DNA from: Monocercomonoides exilis PA203
Lineage: Eukaryota > Protista > Preaxostyla
DNA: 64,000 nucleotides
Assembly (NCBI GenBank): GCA_001643675.2
Contig: LSRY02000002.1
Location: 2,108,001 to 2,172,000, forward strand
Direction: 5' to 3'
Positions 12,001-32,359 of this stretch are shown here, one piece after another (within the stretch, counting starts at the first letter, position 1; every line of letters starts with the position of its first letter). Below the pieces are notes generated by a model. That model was not told where the DNA came from, searched no databases, and saw nothing but the letters and a program-made list of their open reading frames with translations. Made by a program: the position numbers and the translations under genes.

Positions 12001-15000
12001 GGTTGTTACAGATCCTTTTTGAGTTGCAACATGTATTTTCCCTTTGTTTAGTCCATGAATAGCTTGCCAGTCAGTCTCAGAAATGGATTGAGGCAAGCAA
12101 TCAGATGAAGTCTTTGCACTATCAAGTGTTGTCGAAACAGAATTTCCTTTATCCACCGAAGCATCCATTTCAGACTGAAGCTTAATTCCACACAAATCTG
12201 AAATAAGTGTCTCGACACACGAAGCTGGTTCTGTTACTAGCAACTGCTGCAGTGCTGTTAAAGTTTCTGTCCATAATTTTGCTTCTATTTTTTCGAGATG
12301 TGGCTCTTCACCGAGCATCCAGTTAGTCTCCACAGCTCGCAAGAAAGCAGAATCAGGAGACTGAGATGTTGAAGAAGATGCTTCTTCTATTGATGAACTC
12401 GGTTTCTTTTCGTCAGCTATTGATTCCTTTGATGCTGCTGGTGCAACTTCTGGGGCTTCACTTGCATCTTGGGTAAATATCTGAGCATCCTTTTCGTTGG
12501 CGATGTAATCACACAGAACGGTGCTGCCTACTGTCATTTCTCTCTCTTTTCGGAGGATCGAAAGAATGCAATGCAAAAGAATGCGAAAGCGTGAGTTAGG
12601 ATTTTCGTGCGTTCGGCGAAGCAAATATGCACATCCAGTGTTAAGATTATTCAAATGCTGAGCTTTTGTAATTTGTTTTTGTTGTGTTTGTTGAGATTGA
12701 GCCTTTTCAGAATTTGTCTTCTGTGGAGTTTTTGTATCTGATTGACTGTTCTGCTGCTGTTGCTTTGTGATATTTTCTGCTTGCTGTGTTTGAGATTGGT
12801 TTGTTGACTGGTTTTCTGCTTCGGAAGTAACACTATCTTCTTGTTTCTGCGCTTTACTTCTCTTCTTCTTTTGTTTTCGCTGCGGTTCTTTTCCTTCTCC
12901 AGATGCTGATGTGCCTCGTGTATTAGACTCTTCGTTTTGGCTTTCCTTGTTTGTGTTACAGTCAATTGTAATTCCGTTTTCGTGAAGTAATTTTCTTGAG
13001 GCAAAAACCAGATTTCCCATCAGCTCTCTTTTATGATTGTTATGCTTGTTGAAAGAGTACAACCAAATATCGCTTCTTTCTTTTTGTTGAGCTTCAGTTT
13101 CATTTAAATAAGGGAATGAACTTTTTGATTGTGACGAATTTGCTGCTGTTACAATCGCAGAAGCAGTTTCTTTTGTGGTTTGATTGATGCTTCCTTGTTT
13201 GCCCGATTTTTTCTGATTGCTTTGAGACTTTTGAGATTCATTCAACTGCTGTGCGATTAAAAGAGTTTCAGGCTGAATTTGAGCACAGTTTTCCGTTTCT
13301 GTTGATTGAACAGAAGGCGCACTCTTTGCTGATCCACTTCTTGGAGACAGATAATCTTTGCCAATGCTCTGCTCCTTGCCCGTTTGTTTGCTTTGGGCTT
13401 CAGAAGTCCTTAAGGAGAAAGGAAATGCCGAAGAATATAAACGCGAACTTTGAGAAGGTTTTGAAATGTCTTTCTCATTTTGTGCAGACTTATTTATTGA
13501 GTATGGAAAATGTTTGATTGATGATTGATCATTCGTATCAACAGAAGTGTTGTCTTTGCTATCTGCATCGCTTATACCCTCAAAAGTTTCTCCGTCTTCG
13601 TGTGGCTTTCTTATTTTACTATGTTGTTCTTGAAGCCTTTTCAATCTGTTCTCCACCATCTCCTTTCTCCGAAGTTCAGCCTGTTCTTGTTTTTCCTTCA
13701 TCTTCTGCTCCATCACTTCCTTGTCGTGTTCTGCTAATGCTTTGATTGCTTGATTGACTTCACTCGCTTTTGATTCAACTCCCCTTGCTTTCACAATAAT
13801 CTGTTGCAGATGCTGTTCGTGTCGCTGTTCAGCTTCTTTTATTCTGAGTTCTGATTCACATCTCATCTGCTCCAGCGTCTCTGCTTTCTTCTCCATCGCT
13901 TCTCTTATCTTGTCTGTCACCATCCTTCCTTTGGATATCTGCTCCTCAAGAAGCATCTCTCTGTTTCTTGTCGCCTTCACAAGACGTTCTTCTGCCCGCT
14001 TTCGGATTAGCTCAGGGTCAGATTCTACGCTCATCCTTTCCATTCGTTCGAGAAGATGCTTCCTACGAAGAGATCCGCTCCGAGCAACAGAAGGAGAATG
14101 TGTTGGGGTGGAGAAATGATCTGAATCAATATCAGTCGACTGGATGGATGATGGAGAGTAAAGTGTAGAATTGGTCGAATACGAATGCGAAGGAGGAAAA
14201 GAAGTTGAAGTTGAAAGTGAAGTAGATGAGGTATTTTGTGGAATGGATGATAAAGAAATTGGTGAAACAGGAAGCGGAGCACGAGAAGGCGAAAAAGTTG
14301 GAGGAGAATGTTGGGGTGTTGAAGTAAGTGTCTTTTCATTTGCAGCCAATGAAAATGTTGAATGAAGTGGAACAGTTGCAGGCGTTGCTAGTGTTGGTGG
14401 AAGAATTCGGATGGCTGGCTGTCTTGTTTCGCTTTGCGATGGAGAACAGCGAGGAGGCTTTTTATCCAATGAAGAGTCATTTCTACTTCTTCCATGTCCA
14501 TCAGAATGGCTAATGCCTGAATTGCCTCGTGTATTCTGAACTCCGCTGCTTGCTTTGGAGCCATCAACTGATGCTACATCTGTACTGTTATTGCCATCAA
14601 TAGCAGAGTCCATCGCTGGAAGTTGATCCAAAGTGCGGCTATGAACTCCGCCGTGGTGACGTCTTCGATGCCTCCTCATTCTTTCTGTTGCTGTTCCTCG
14701 TGAAACAAGCTCCTTCTGCTGATGATGAGTGGATGTTTGTGAAAGAGAAGAGAGTGAAAGAGAGGATTCGCCCCATTCTTCTTCTGTTTGTGTCTCCTTA
14801 CTTCTCTCAACAACTTTATCAACAGAATTGACTGCTCTGTAAAATGCTTGATCACTTTCACCCAAAACTGTTTGTGAATGTTGTAAATGTTGCATATGCT
14901 TCTTTGTCTGATCTCGTTCTCTCTCTCCTTCAGAGTCAGTGAATGTGAACAGGTCACTCGGGCTTTCTGATCTATCTTCATCTGAACTTCTATCTCCATC

Positions 15001-18000
15001 TGGTTTTTCGCTTCCGAGTGATTTGTGAGCTGACTTCGATAATCTGCAGTTTGAATTGCCGAGTTTGGACTCTGCGCCAAAACTGGTTGGAATCGACAAG
15101 GTGTGTGCTTCAGCAGAAGAAAGAGTGACATCTTTCATAAATGGAGAGTGTGTAATGGGATACGAAGTTCGTTCGATGCGAGGCGTGCAAACGAGAGAAT
15201 GGGCATCGTTCTCGTAAACAGACATCGTTTTGGATGAGGAAGAGGCAGAGGAGGATGCCGATGCTGTTGAGGAATGCAGTGTCAAAGGAGTGCTGGCTGA
15301 GGACGAGTTGCTCGAAGGAGTGTCAGATGCGGTTACGAATAAAGTGTTTGCCTTTGAATCAATTGCCGAAGGGAACTGTGTCTGAGGTATTTGCTGAGGT
15401 GCAATTGAAGATAAATGATATGGTGTTGTTGGATCAGCAGAGAAGACATCTTGTTGAGATGGAGCAGTTGAATGGTCAGCGTTCAGATTCTGCTCTTTTT
15501 GTGGGGTTCTTAAAGTTGAATTCTGTGCTCTGGGAGAATCTGCACCGAGTTGTTTATAAGCAATTGGAGGTGATGTCAGTGCAGACACTTTTTTGTCCTG
15601 TTTTCGAGTGATTGAAGGAGATGCAACAGGAGAATGAGTCAAAGACGTTGAAATGCTGTTTGAGCGTCGTTTAGAAAGAGTAGGAGTTGGTATGTTTTTA
15701 GTTGAAAAAGCGAACGTGGAAGCAGAAGAAGGAATTGTCTGGTGATGTATTTTTGGTGTTGAAACGCGAGAAGAAGCAGGCGATGTGACAGAAGAGTCAG
15801 AAGCTGTTGAAGATGAGCGACGGGAAGATGCTGGTGACGTCATAACATTGTTTGCTTTGCTTGTCGCAGCAGATTTTCGTTGTGTTTCTTCTTTCTGCAT
15901 TTTTGAGCACGGGAATATCAAATCTCTTGCCTTCCACAATCCGATGTCGTCGTTGTGCTTTGTGATGAGTCTGAGCTGCTCTTCTGTAAACTCTCCTTCT
16001 TCTCCATCGCCTCTGATCGACCATCCATCGTCCATCCAGAAAGTAATCGGAATTGGCGGCGAGCCAGTCTGCCGCTGCGCCTCAAAGTCGTTGTAGTCGT
16101 CTGCTTCATTGTCTTCGCTGTGCAGATGTCTCCTCCTCCTCCTCTCTTCCTCTCTGCCTGTGTGCAAATTCCGATGCGAGCGGTGGTGTCTCATTGTCTC
16201 CGGTGACAAGGACTGGTTCTGATTGTCTTGTGCAACTGACATCGATCGGATGTGCCTGCGGTGGTCAACGTGAGTGGCAGCGTGGAGATGAAGTGCATCA
16301 TTCGACTCTCCGCAGCTCCGGGTGATGTTTGGCGTCTGTGAAGAGTAATGCCGTAGAAGCTTGTGTGATGCTTGGTTGGATGCAGTTGTGGTGTGAGACG
16401 ACTTGTTGTCTTGATCAGGCTGATCTGAGTACGATGCTTGAGAAGGCGATGAAGAAAGAGGGATTTGCTGAAACTGAATGGGAGATGGAGCAAAAATGGA
16501 AGAGACAGAAAATCTGCCATCTCCGTCCGTCTGCATTGACATGTGCTCATCTGAGTCATCATCATCATTCTTCTCGTTTTGAGCATGAGAAGAATGCGAA
16601 TTATTTGCGAGCTGATCTTCATTGTGGTGTTTGTTATGGTGCTTGTGGTGAGTGATGTGGTATATTTCTGTCTGCGATGCTTCATTCATCATGTGGAAGT
16701 GGCCAGATAAAGTGTCACTTGAGTTCAGCAATTCGTTTCCTTCTGTTGATTCATCAAATAGCAATGCTTTATCATTTATTGAGGAGCCATCCAACTTGCC
16801 GACTCCTCTTCCTCCTCCAAACTGTTCATGTGAAGGAATAAACACAGATTCTGTTTGAGATAAAGCAGACCCGCTGAATGTCGTGTACAATGTCTGTGCA
16901 GATGGCGATGCCACTCCGGGGCCTTCAGCATATGAGCCGTCTTCATTGCTTCCTCTCCTTTTCTTTGCTGAAGAAGACAGCAAAGAATATGACCCGCTGA
17001 AAGAAGTAGATGAAGAGGAAGTGGAAGAGGACGATGAAGATGACAGTGTTGATGAATCGAAACTCGAAGAAGAAGAAGAAGAGTCAAATGAGGAATCAGA
17101 ACTCGAAGAAGCTCTATCAGAAGACGAGTTGCTGAGTGTATCTCTGCTTGTGATTGACCGCCGCGACCGATGAGACTTTCGTGTGTGCCATCTGCGCTGT
17201 GACTTGGGGCTTCTGCCGCGTGTGAGGTCAGAGCGAGACGAAAGAGAAGAGAAAAAGGAGGCGATTGAAGTGGAAGATGATGTCGAGTTTGATGAGCCTG
17301 CAGATGGAGAGGGTGTTGGAGATGGCGAAGAATCGCTGGATTCTTTCTGAATGGGAGACTGAAGATGATTCGTGGTGGTGGTCTTCTTCTCATTGTTTGT
17401 TGCAATTTGAGCATTTGCACTTTTGCCTGAAATCTGATTCGGCGACTGAATTTGTAGATCAGCAGAATCTGTACTTAGCTGATTCTTCTCAAACAAAGAT
17501 TCAAATGGCACCACTGCAGACGAAGTGGACTGCAATGCCTGTAATTCCTGCTTCTTTTGCGCAGAGCTCTCAGTCTGATGGGAAGTGTTCTTTTGGCTGT
17601 GAATGGGCGAATGAGACTTTGCTCTCCTCTGTCTGCAGCCCAAACGAGGAGAGGAAGAAAAGGCGCGTCTGAGGGGAGATTTTGAAGAAGGGATATTTGA
17701 CGATTTGGAGGAAAGCGTGGAAAGCGTGGGAGAAGGCGGAGAGTGCGAAGAAGGCAATGTGGATGACAAAATATTGCACTCCCTTTTTGACGGAGAAAAC
17801 GAGTTTTCCCATTCATTTTTCGGGTTTGAGGAAAATCTATCTGCTTGTTCGTTTGTTGGTGTTGCAGCATTTTCTGAGAAATCGCCTTGGTTCTCTTTTT
17901 GCGTTCTTCTGCGGTGAGAACCCATTTCCGGAGTTACAACCAATGGAATCATTCTTCCTGGCGTTGACCCAACCCAATGTGACAAATAATCATCGGTATC

Positions 18001-18831
18001 TTCTTGTTCTTCAGATGGATGACGAAGCGTTCTAACAATAGAAAGAAGTTATTACAAGCAAATGTCTATTTTAAAAAAATACCTTAGAAGCTTCGATGCA
18101 GCATCGGAGATTTGTGGATTTGAATTCTAATATAAAGCGTTGAGTTCAAAATGGAATAATGAAACCTAAAATATGTCAATGACCAAAACCTCCTCCAGCT
18201 TCATCAATGGCTCTTGAAGTACAGAAAGTGGTTTAATACGGTCCGGAAGATGCGACAGTAACAGAATATGAATGCACAAAACTGTTGACAAAATCTAAAA
18301 AAACATTTCTTGAGTTTCAATTCAAATAAAAGATAATACAAACAGAAAGTTCAAAATCAACTGAATCTCCTAAAAGAGATGGGAAAAGTTGCAATATATT
18401 TTGATCAATCATCATTGGAATTGTCGAATCATCTTATTTTTGAAAATTTAATATAAATTTGATAAAGACTTCCAACAAAATATTTGTTAAAACCTTGGAG
18501 TGCCATTGTAGATAGTTGTTTAACTGCTTTTATTTTTTCTTCGTCAGTTCCAGTTTTCAGAATATGGAGCGCAGTGGAGATAAATGCTGCATATTCGGTC
18601 TTATTTTTTTCAAAGGCATAAACAAAAATATTACAAAAGAAAAAATAGAATTTCATTGAATTCATTAAGTGAAATTCGTGCAAAAAAGCAAAAAATGTAA
18701 ATATTGTATTATTCACAAGTATTTTCAAAATTTTTTTAAAAAAAGTGAAACAAATAATGCCTGAATCTACATACAGTCGTTCCTGGTGTAAAATGATAAA
18801 CCAAAAATGCTGCATCTTTCTTTTGCTCCAT
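9022..18831 (-). CDS. SCAPER-like giant protein (about 3100 aa) with a short ARM-like N-terminus and long disordered regions
   Basis: Coiled coil RIKEAEQRHEQHLQQIIVKARGVESKASEV and C-terminal LLFHLCRFPVPFFVKPHLSSLLFPLLIATTF resemble the conserved SCAPER blocks. 5' exons rebuilt from ATG 18831 (MEQKKDAAF…) through several short introns; the last, 18032-18082, joins in frame to ORF 9022-17985. Confidence 0.7.
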
Positions 18832-19051
18832 ATAACTTGTTGCTTTTTAACAGCAAAAATTAAATCAAAATGTTTGATGTAAAAGATAAATAGTGGGGTT
18901 TTCCCATCACATAATTCAAAGGTTTTTAAAAGTTGTTGCGTTGTTTTCTTTTAAAGCGAGTCATATTCGCGCATTGCTCGCGCTGATGTTTGCTAAATTT
19001 TTAAATTACCACAGAATTTTTTCATAGAATTATTTGCAGCACTCAAATTCG

Positions 19052-22000
19052 ATGAGAACTTCTAATTCTTCATATTGTCAATTTTTGCAGAAAGACACAA
19101 AAGTTGAAGGATTTCCTGATGGAAGTTATCCGTTGAGTAGTGTTTTGAAGAGGCTTCCCGTTTCGAGAGATCAAAAACGATTGAGTGCGGTAGAAAAGCT
19201 TGTTTCAGTGATTGATAAAGTTGCTGAGCCATATAAAAAAGCGGAAATTGTATATCTCAGTAACAATGTAATAGTAGATTTATCTGGTATTGAACAGTTT
19301 GTTCAAGTGAAGATTTTATCTTTAAACTACAACAAGGTTTGCAATAAAAGTTTTTTCATAATAATTGAAATATCTTTTTAAAATGAAAAAGATATCTTCG
19401 TTATATCAAATTACTCCACTAAAATTTTGCAGATTTTTGCGAACGCTCACGCTTGAAAATAATCCTGTTGTTCTTCAACCTTTTTACAGATTGCACATTA
19501 TTGATCTTTGTCCGAATTTAAAATTGCTTGATAAAGAGGTTTGTGACTTATTTTATTGAAAAATAATGCTAACATTCTCGTGCATTTTCAGCCAATCACA
19601 TCTCAAGAGCGGGGCATTGCTCGAAGTTATTTAGATCAAGAGGAAGCCAATCTTGGGTTGATGTATGGAAATGATCGTCTAATCCGAAGATTTGAACAAA
19701 TAAGCTTAAAGCTACAGTTGCATTCAGAACTTGTGAAACTATATAATAACCCTCAAACTGTTCTGACGTCTCATAGACGCTTTAATTCTATAAGTTATAG
19801 CACAGATCAGTTATTGAAGCAATCGAAAAACGCCTTAACAATATATTTATCAGGATGGAGGCCACCAAAACGGAAAGATCCACTTCATAATATTCCTTCT
19901 GTTGGGATGGGTTTTGAACATGAAGATGGTGAAGATGGAGAAATGCAAGAACAGTTTGGAGGAGAAAGAAGAATGCAAGGTCTTCTACTGAACAAAGGAA
20001 TAGAAACGGATGATGAAGGGATAGAAGATGATGATGACGATGAATGGGTGAGAGTAACAACTCATTTGAAAAACGAGGTAATGAAAGCATGGAAGATGAG
20101 ATTTCCCAATGATATGCTATTTCGTAATGCGGATCGTCAAACATCATCAGAAAGAAAAGATCTTGGAACTTTGTCAAAAAGAGGAACAGAAAGAAAAGGA
20201 AGAACTGGTCAAATCGACGAAGATGCACAAAAAGGTGGCCGTTCATCTTCGCAGTTTTCTTCGCGCTCCCGCTCTCGTTCTCGTTCTCAATCGCCGCTTC
20301 CTTCAATTCACGAGTCGTGGCTGATTGCATACAACGATGTTATGTTGGGGCAGCAGCAGGCGATGACTCAGCTGCTTCTTGCGATTGACGCATTGGTGAA
20401 AGAAACCCAGCCACCAATGGACAACTCTGCGATGCACTCTGCATCTTTTTCTTTGTCTGATGAGAACACTTATTCTGGTTCACCTTTAAAAGCATCAGCA
20501 ATCACAAGAGTTCCTATTCCATCTGTTTCATATGCTTCATCTGCCTCATCAACACCTCAGTCACAAAATAGGAGTCAATATTATGAGTCAAGTCCAACAT
20601 CTGGAAATATGGCGTTTAGCTCTCCTTCTCCTGGTCATCGCAATTTGCTCTTTTCGTCACCTGCTTCTCCAACTCTGCAGCATCTTAGACAGTTGATTGA
20701 ACAAGAGCAGTTATTTGAGGAAGAAATGAGGCGAGACAGAGACAGTGAAAAGGATCAGACAATAAAGCAGCTTCAGAAAAGAATAAGAGAAAATGAAATG
20801 AAAGAAGATCAAAATGAAGTTCAAGCAAACTCACAGAAAATGCAAACAGTAGGCACCGCTGTGAGTCAAAATTATCCTTATCCAAGAAAAGAACAAAATA
20901 GCAGCATAGAAAATGAACAAAGTTCCAGCTCAAAGTTTAGTTCTGATAAAAATGTTTTCGACTCTGAAGATAAGACCAACAGTTTAACAAACGATAGATT
21001 TGATGAACTTAAAGATATTCAGCCTTCAAATGAAAAACGTGATAGATCAAATACTTCTGAAACAAGCAGAACAAGAAAGTCTCGACGAGAAGAGCAGGAA
21101 CCTATTGATTATGATGCTGCCTTGCAATCTTCAATGCTCGTTTTGCCGCCGGAAGAGGTGGCAAGGAAAACTGCAAGAAGCAGAGAAGAAAGGAGTGCCA
21201 GCAGAGATAGAAGTGAAGGGAGGAGCAGATTAGGCGAGAAAGGACGTTTGACTGATAGAGGGAAAGAAAGTGAGAGTGAGGAATCTGACAGAGAAACAAG
21301 AACAACTATTACCAAAAGAAGTTACCCAAGCTCAAAGAAAAGATCAAGTATTCGTTCAGATAGAGGAAGAGGAAAGGATAAAGAAAAAACTCCTCGAGGG
21401 AATAAAGGGAAAATGAATGAAAGAAAGCAAATTGGAATGCCAAAAAAGGAATATGAAAAGAAAAAGGTACCAAAACAAAGAAAAGACAGTGATGATGAAG
21501 ATAGTGAAGAAATATTATCTTCTTCCATGTCTCTGCCACCTCGCTCATCATCCACGCCTCCATCGTTTAATTCGATGACTGGCACTTCAAATAAAAATGT
21601 CAAGCAGATAAAGATTGTTAAGCAAAACAATGATAACGTAGATGAACTTAATGGACTTGAATCGTCTTTTCCTGCAGCATCCTTTTCTTCATCTTCTTCT
21701 TTTCTTCAAAGACAAATCAATTCGCCTCGAACGCAGCAGCAGCGCGATAGAAAAGTGCAGCTTGTTGTTGAGAATGAACAGATGCAACAGCCTGCTGATG
21801 AATCGTCGCTTTTGAAAGGAAAACACTCAATTTCAGAAGGTTCAATGAAAGCAGATCAAATTTTTGAGAGAAGCAAGATAGCAAATGGTCCAAATTCAGT
21901 TCTTGAAAATACTCAGCCTTTTCAAAATAGTTCGATTTCTGCTTCTTTTGTGTACGACTCTGATTTAACAGCTGAACAAGCAAATAAGCAGCAAAATTTT

Positions 22001-25000
22001 CCTGTTGATGTACCAAACCATTCAGCAGCAGTTCAACCAAAAGGAAAGGAGCAACAAGCAGTTTCATTTGTGGATCATCAGAAGAGTAACGATGCAGCAA
22101 ATCCTTCTTTACCATCTTCTCAAAATGCTCCTCCGCAGACAGAGTTATATTCAACTGTATTTACTCCTCCTTCTCTTGCATATACCAAATCTCCTTTTGC
22201 AGCTTCTCTTCCTCCGCCTCCTTTGCCACCTGCTCCAATCGCTCCAAGTGTAGCTTTCGCTTCTGCCTCTTCTCCTTTGCCGGCTTCGTTGCCGCCTTTT
22301 CCAAACAGCGCAGAAAAATCTCTCAATCCTCAAACTATTGCCCCTCAAATGCAAAGTCTTGGCCAATCATTAAAGTCTCCATTGACTTCTGCTTCTGCTT
22401 CTGCTTCTTCACCAATTATTTCATCTCAAAAGCCACCGCTTCCGCCATTTTCCGCTTCAAAAACTGATCAACTCGTTGGAAAAACTGTTAATGTTCCAGC
22501 ATCTTTCATAAAAGAACAAAATGAAATATCCACAGCAAAAGATGATTCCAAATCATATTCTGAGAATAAACTGGCGAATGGAGCATTAACTCAAAAAAAT
22601 GATAATGAATTTGACCCTAATGCTACACATGTTCTTTTAGATAACAAATGGACTGTAAAGGAGCCTGGATCACAACAGTCATATCCAGCTAATCCTGTTG
22701 AAACAACTCAAATAAAATCAATGGGGAATCCTCAATCTCAGACATCGAAAGGGTTTTCGTATTCTCCATCATCGCCTGTGGCATTATCATCTCCGATAAC
22801 AACATCCAATCTTATGGCATCTTCCTCTTCTCCTTTGTCTTTTCCGGCATCTCCCACTAATTTTGCTTCTAATCATCTTAACAACAGCATGCAATCATCT
22901 GAGTCCCCAGATCTTGATTTGTCTCTTTCACATAATTCTGATTCAGATAACCATGTATTGCCTTCAACTTCGACATTCACTCGCAGTCAGTTCACTTCTC
23001 CTCCACAAAATGTGCATTCTCAATCTGCAAATCAGAATTTGCTGAGCGAATCGAATGCGCCTGCTCCAAAACAATTTGAGCAAGTTCTGTTGGAAAAGAT
23101 ACGATTAAACGAGGAAAATAAAAAGCTTCATGATGAAATAGCAAGACTTGAAGAGCTATTGACAAAAAATGAAAATGAAAGAAGCGCTAAACTTTTGAGC
23201 GCAAAGAACGAGGAACTGAAAGAATTAAAGACAGAGAATGATCAATTGAAACAGCAAATTGAAGACGGAAATAAGAATTTGGAAGCTTTGATTGAAGAAA
23301 GAGTCGAAGAAAGAGCGAAAGAAATTGAAATGATCGCTGCAAAAAAAGAACGAAAGCTGAAAGAAGAAAATGAAATTATCGAACTTCAAAAAAAAGAAGA
23401 GGAAAAAAGAAAGGAAGAAAAACGAAAAGAAGAGCAGGAAAAAAACGAACAAAGGTTTATGGAAGAACTTAAAGTGAAGGATAAAGAGTTAACTGCAGAA
23501 AAGGAAAGAAATGAAGAATTGATGGCAAATGCTCAGAATTTGGAGAGAAGCCAATCTATGCTTAAAAGTGAAATAGACAAGATTCAAGACGAAAAAGCAG
23601 AAATTGAATCGGCTTTGGAACAAGAAATTCAAAGAAGAAAAGAAGATGAAAATAGATATTTAGATGCAGAAAAGTCAAGGATGAAGGAATTTGTCAAAGA
23701 AAAAGAGAAAATTATGCAAGAAATGGAGGAACATGAAAAAAAGTGGGCAGAAAGCAATCAAGAAGAAAGGAAGATGCGACAGCAAGCTGAAGAAGAAGCG
23801 TCCAGAACAAATGGCGCATATCACAAGTTTCTGAAGAAATTGAATGAAAAAATAGGAAAAGAACGAGTGATTCAGAAAGCGTTCACTGCTTGGCGAAATT
23901 TGGAAGTGAATAGATTGATCCGAAGACAAAACATAGAAATAGAAATACTACGAAAGGAAAAAGAACGAATAACTAAAGAAGCATCCTTTAAAGATTGGCA
24001 CCGGACTGCTCAATCAGAGAAAGAGAAGCTGAGGGAAACATCTCTTATTTCCCGTTCAATAGATGTGTTGCGAGTGAAAAAGCAAAACGAGCTCGTGAGA
24101 AAAGTGTTTTACAGATGGCTCCGATGGAAGGAAGACAAGAGAAGATATGAAAACGCAATGCGGATGAAACTTAAGGAGAACGCGAAAGAAAGAAAGATGA
24201 CACTCTTAATGGAATGGAGACTTTTAACAGCAAAGACAGTCGATCGCAAATCAGATGAAGTGAAAGAGAACTTGAAGTTGTTGTCTTCTGTTCTTTCTGA
24301 AACAAAAGCAGAGATGGATGGCTCAAATAAAACAAATGCTGACCTGTTGCTGCAGATTATCCGAAATAGCATCCGCAGTTCGGGTGAACAGGTTCCAGAA
24401 TCAAATGAACGCTTTCAAGATTTCGTTAGCAAAAGGAAAAAACTTCTTGATGAAACATTGTTGAAAATTGGAGCTACAGATGGAAAGATCGATTTGCCAG
24501 ATCAGCAAAGCTTGCCTCAAGTTAATGCTTCGTCTTTTTCTGCTTCTCGATCTTCTGAGCCTTCTCTTTCTGAATCAGATGTTGTGCCAATCCTTTCAGA
24601 ACAGGTTGAACGACTTTCCAAAGAAAATGCATCGCAAATAATGCAAATTGAGAAAAGAAACAGCATAATTGAAGAATTGAACAAAGAATTGTGTGAAGAA
24701 AGAGAGCGCATCAAACAACTGAAAAATGATATTGCTGCTATTAAAAAGGAGAAAAATGGAGTTGAAGATTCGAGACGAAGAGAAAATGAGGAAATTAGTG
24801 AACTTAAAGAACAGCATTCGACAGACAAGGCGATGTGGGCTCACGCAGAGAGACAGCTTAAAGAGGACATAAAGAGACTGGAGACAGAAAAGAATGAATT
24901 GCTCCGGCAAATCGAATCAGAAAGAGATAGAAATGGAAGAATAAAGTTGGAAAGAGAAAAGGAAAAGGAAAAAGAGAGAGAGAAAATGCAAGAAGTCTTT

Positions 25001-25885
25001 GCAATTGCTTCAAGACAGAGAGATATTTTGATGGAACGAGAAGAGGCCTTTAAAAAACTGAAAAGAGAGAAAGAAAGACTTGAGCAATCACAAAAAGAAG
25101 AATCGTTCTTCATCGATGATTCTGCAAATGGACAGAAAATGAGTAAAGCAGAAGCAATTCACGAATTGAAACATCGGCTGAAAGATACGGAGGATGGAAT
25201 TAAACAGAAGAATGCAATTATTCAGGAGAAAGATGAGCTTATTGACGCACTTAAGGATGAGATTGCTCGAAGAGAGCTTCTGATTGATGAAATGGAAATG
25301 GAATTAAAAGGAATGAACAAGTCTGACATTCAACAATCTTCTCAGAGTCAACAGAGTTCTTATTCATTGTCTGATCGTTCAGCCGATTTCTCTGAGTCGC
25401 ATCAAACATCTCCTTCATTGCAAACCATTTCATCCTCTCGCATAACTGATTTTGAGGATTCATCGAGTTCCAGCAGAACAATCAAACAAGAGCTGAATAG
25501 CATCAAATCCAATTCATCGCCTTCATCAAAGCGGAATTCGAGTTTCACATCGATGCCTGAAGCCACGCATTCCAACAGTTATTCATCTCACCCCTCTCCT
25601 CCTCGGCCATTGGCTCGGGAATCATTCCTTGCCTCTATTCAATCAAGTTCAACATACTCACACGATTCTTTGTCAAATGCATCTTTTCATCACAACACTC
25701 CACCTTCATCTCCTTCTTTTTCTTCATCACTTTCGTTTTCCAATTCATCTTCACTTTCATCTACAACTCCAGCTCAAGTCACTTCATTATCTTCGTCCAC
25801 GTTTCCTGAATCATCTCAGTCCACATCACTTTCTGATTTGTCCGAGCATCATTCAGTTTTAAGCTCTTCTTCAACAGAATCATGA
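19052..25885 (+). CDS. SDS22-like leucine-rich-repeat protein with long coiled coils (putative centrosomal/basal-body protein)
   Basis: VYLSNNVIVDLSGIEQFVQVKILSLNYNKI…LTLENNPV…YRLHIIDLCPNLKLLD (LRR plus LRRcap). Introns 19337-19391 and 19539-19591 join three ORFs in frame. E/K-rich heptads at about 23090-25320. Confidence 0.8.
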
Positions 25886-26590
25886 TGATACGCTTTGAAG
25901 CAACTGAAAAAGGAACGAAATTTTTTTACAAGTTTTTTATAAAAAAATTTTTTTTATTTTTTGCATCCAAAAATTCTGGCTCTATTTATTTTAAAATAAA
26001 ATGTGAAATGAATAGTTAATTAATAACATACATTACTTGTAACAGTCGATTGAAACATATCCAGTTTGAGAAAAACATACAAAAATACAAAGTTATTTGT
26101 AACGACAAAAATATCACTTAAAAACGGACATATAAATGAAAAACCAGCAGTCTTTGTAAACAAGAAGAGTTCAAATTAGCGCACGTTAATGTGCTGATTA
26201 GAAAAGCAAACATTTCAAAATTAAATGCAAAACTTGGGAAAGCGGTGAATTTAGAAAACAAAATGAAGAGTAACAAAAACAAATAAATTCTAAAAAAAAT
26301 GGTACATATGTTATTTTCAGGAGAGCAAGTTCGCATAAAACACGATAGAGTAGTTCCAGCAAATATCATTTGCTGTCACCGCTTTTCCAATCAATAAACC
26401 AATAAAAGGTGTAAGTGTAGTGAACTTAAAATACATCAAAGGCATTTATTCATAAAAAGAATACATACAATTATTAAAAATAAAAATCTGTAAATTCATT
26501 CCAAAAAACTATCTTTCAAACACGTCTTTTTAATTCGCATCTGAAAAAAGATTATAACATTACATAACTTTATGAAATTTCAAGTTAAAT

Positions 26591-32330
<5,740 letters not shown>

Positions 32331-32359
32331 TTTGAATTAAGGTTGAAAATCAGTTTCGC

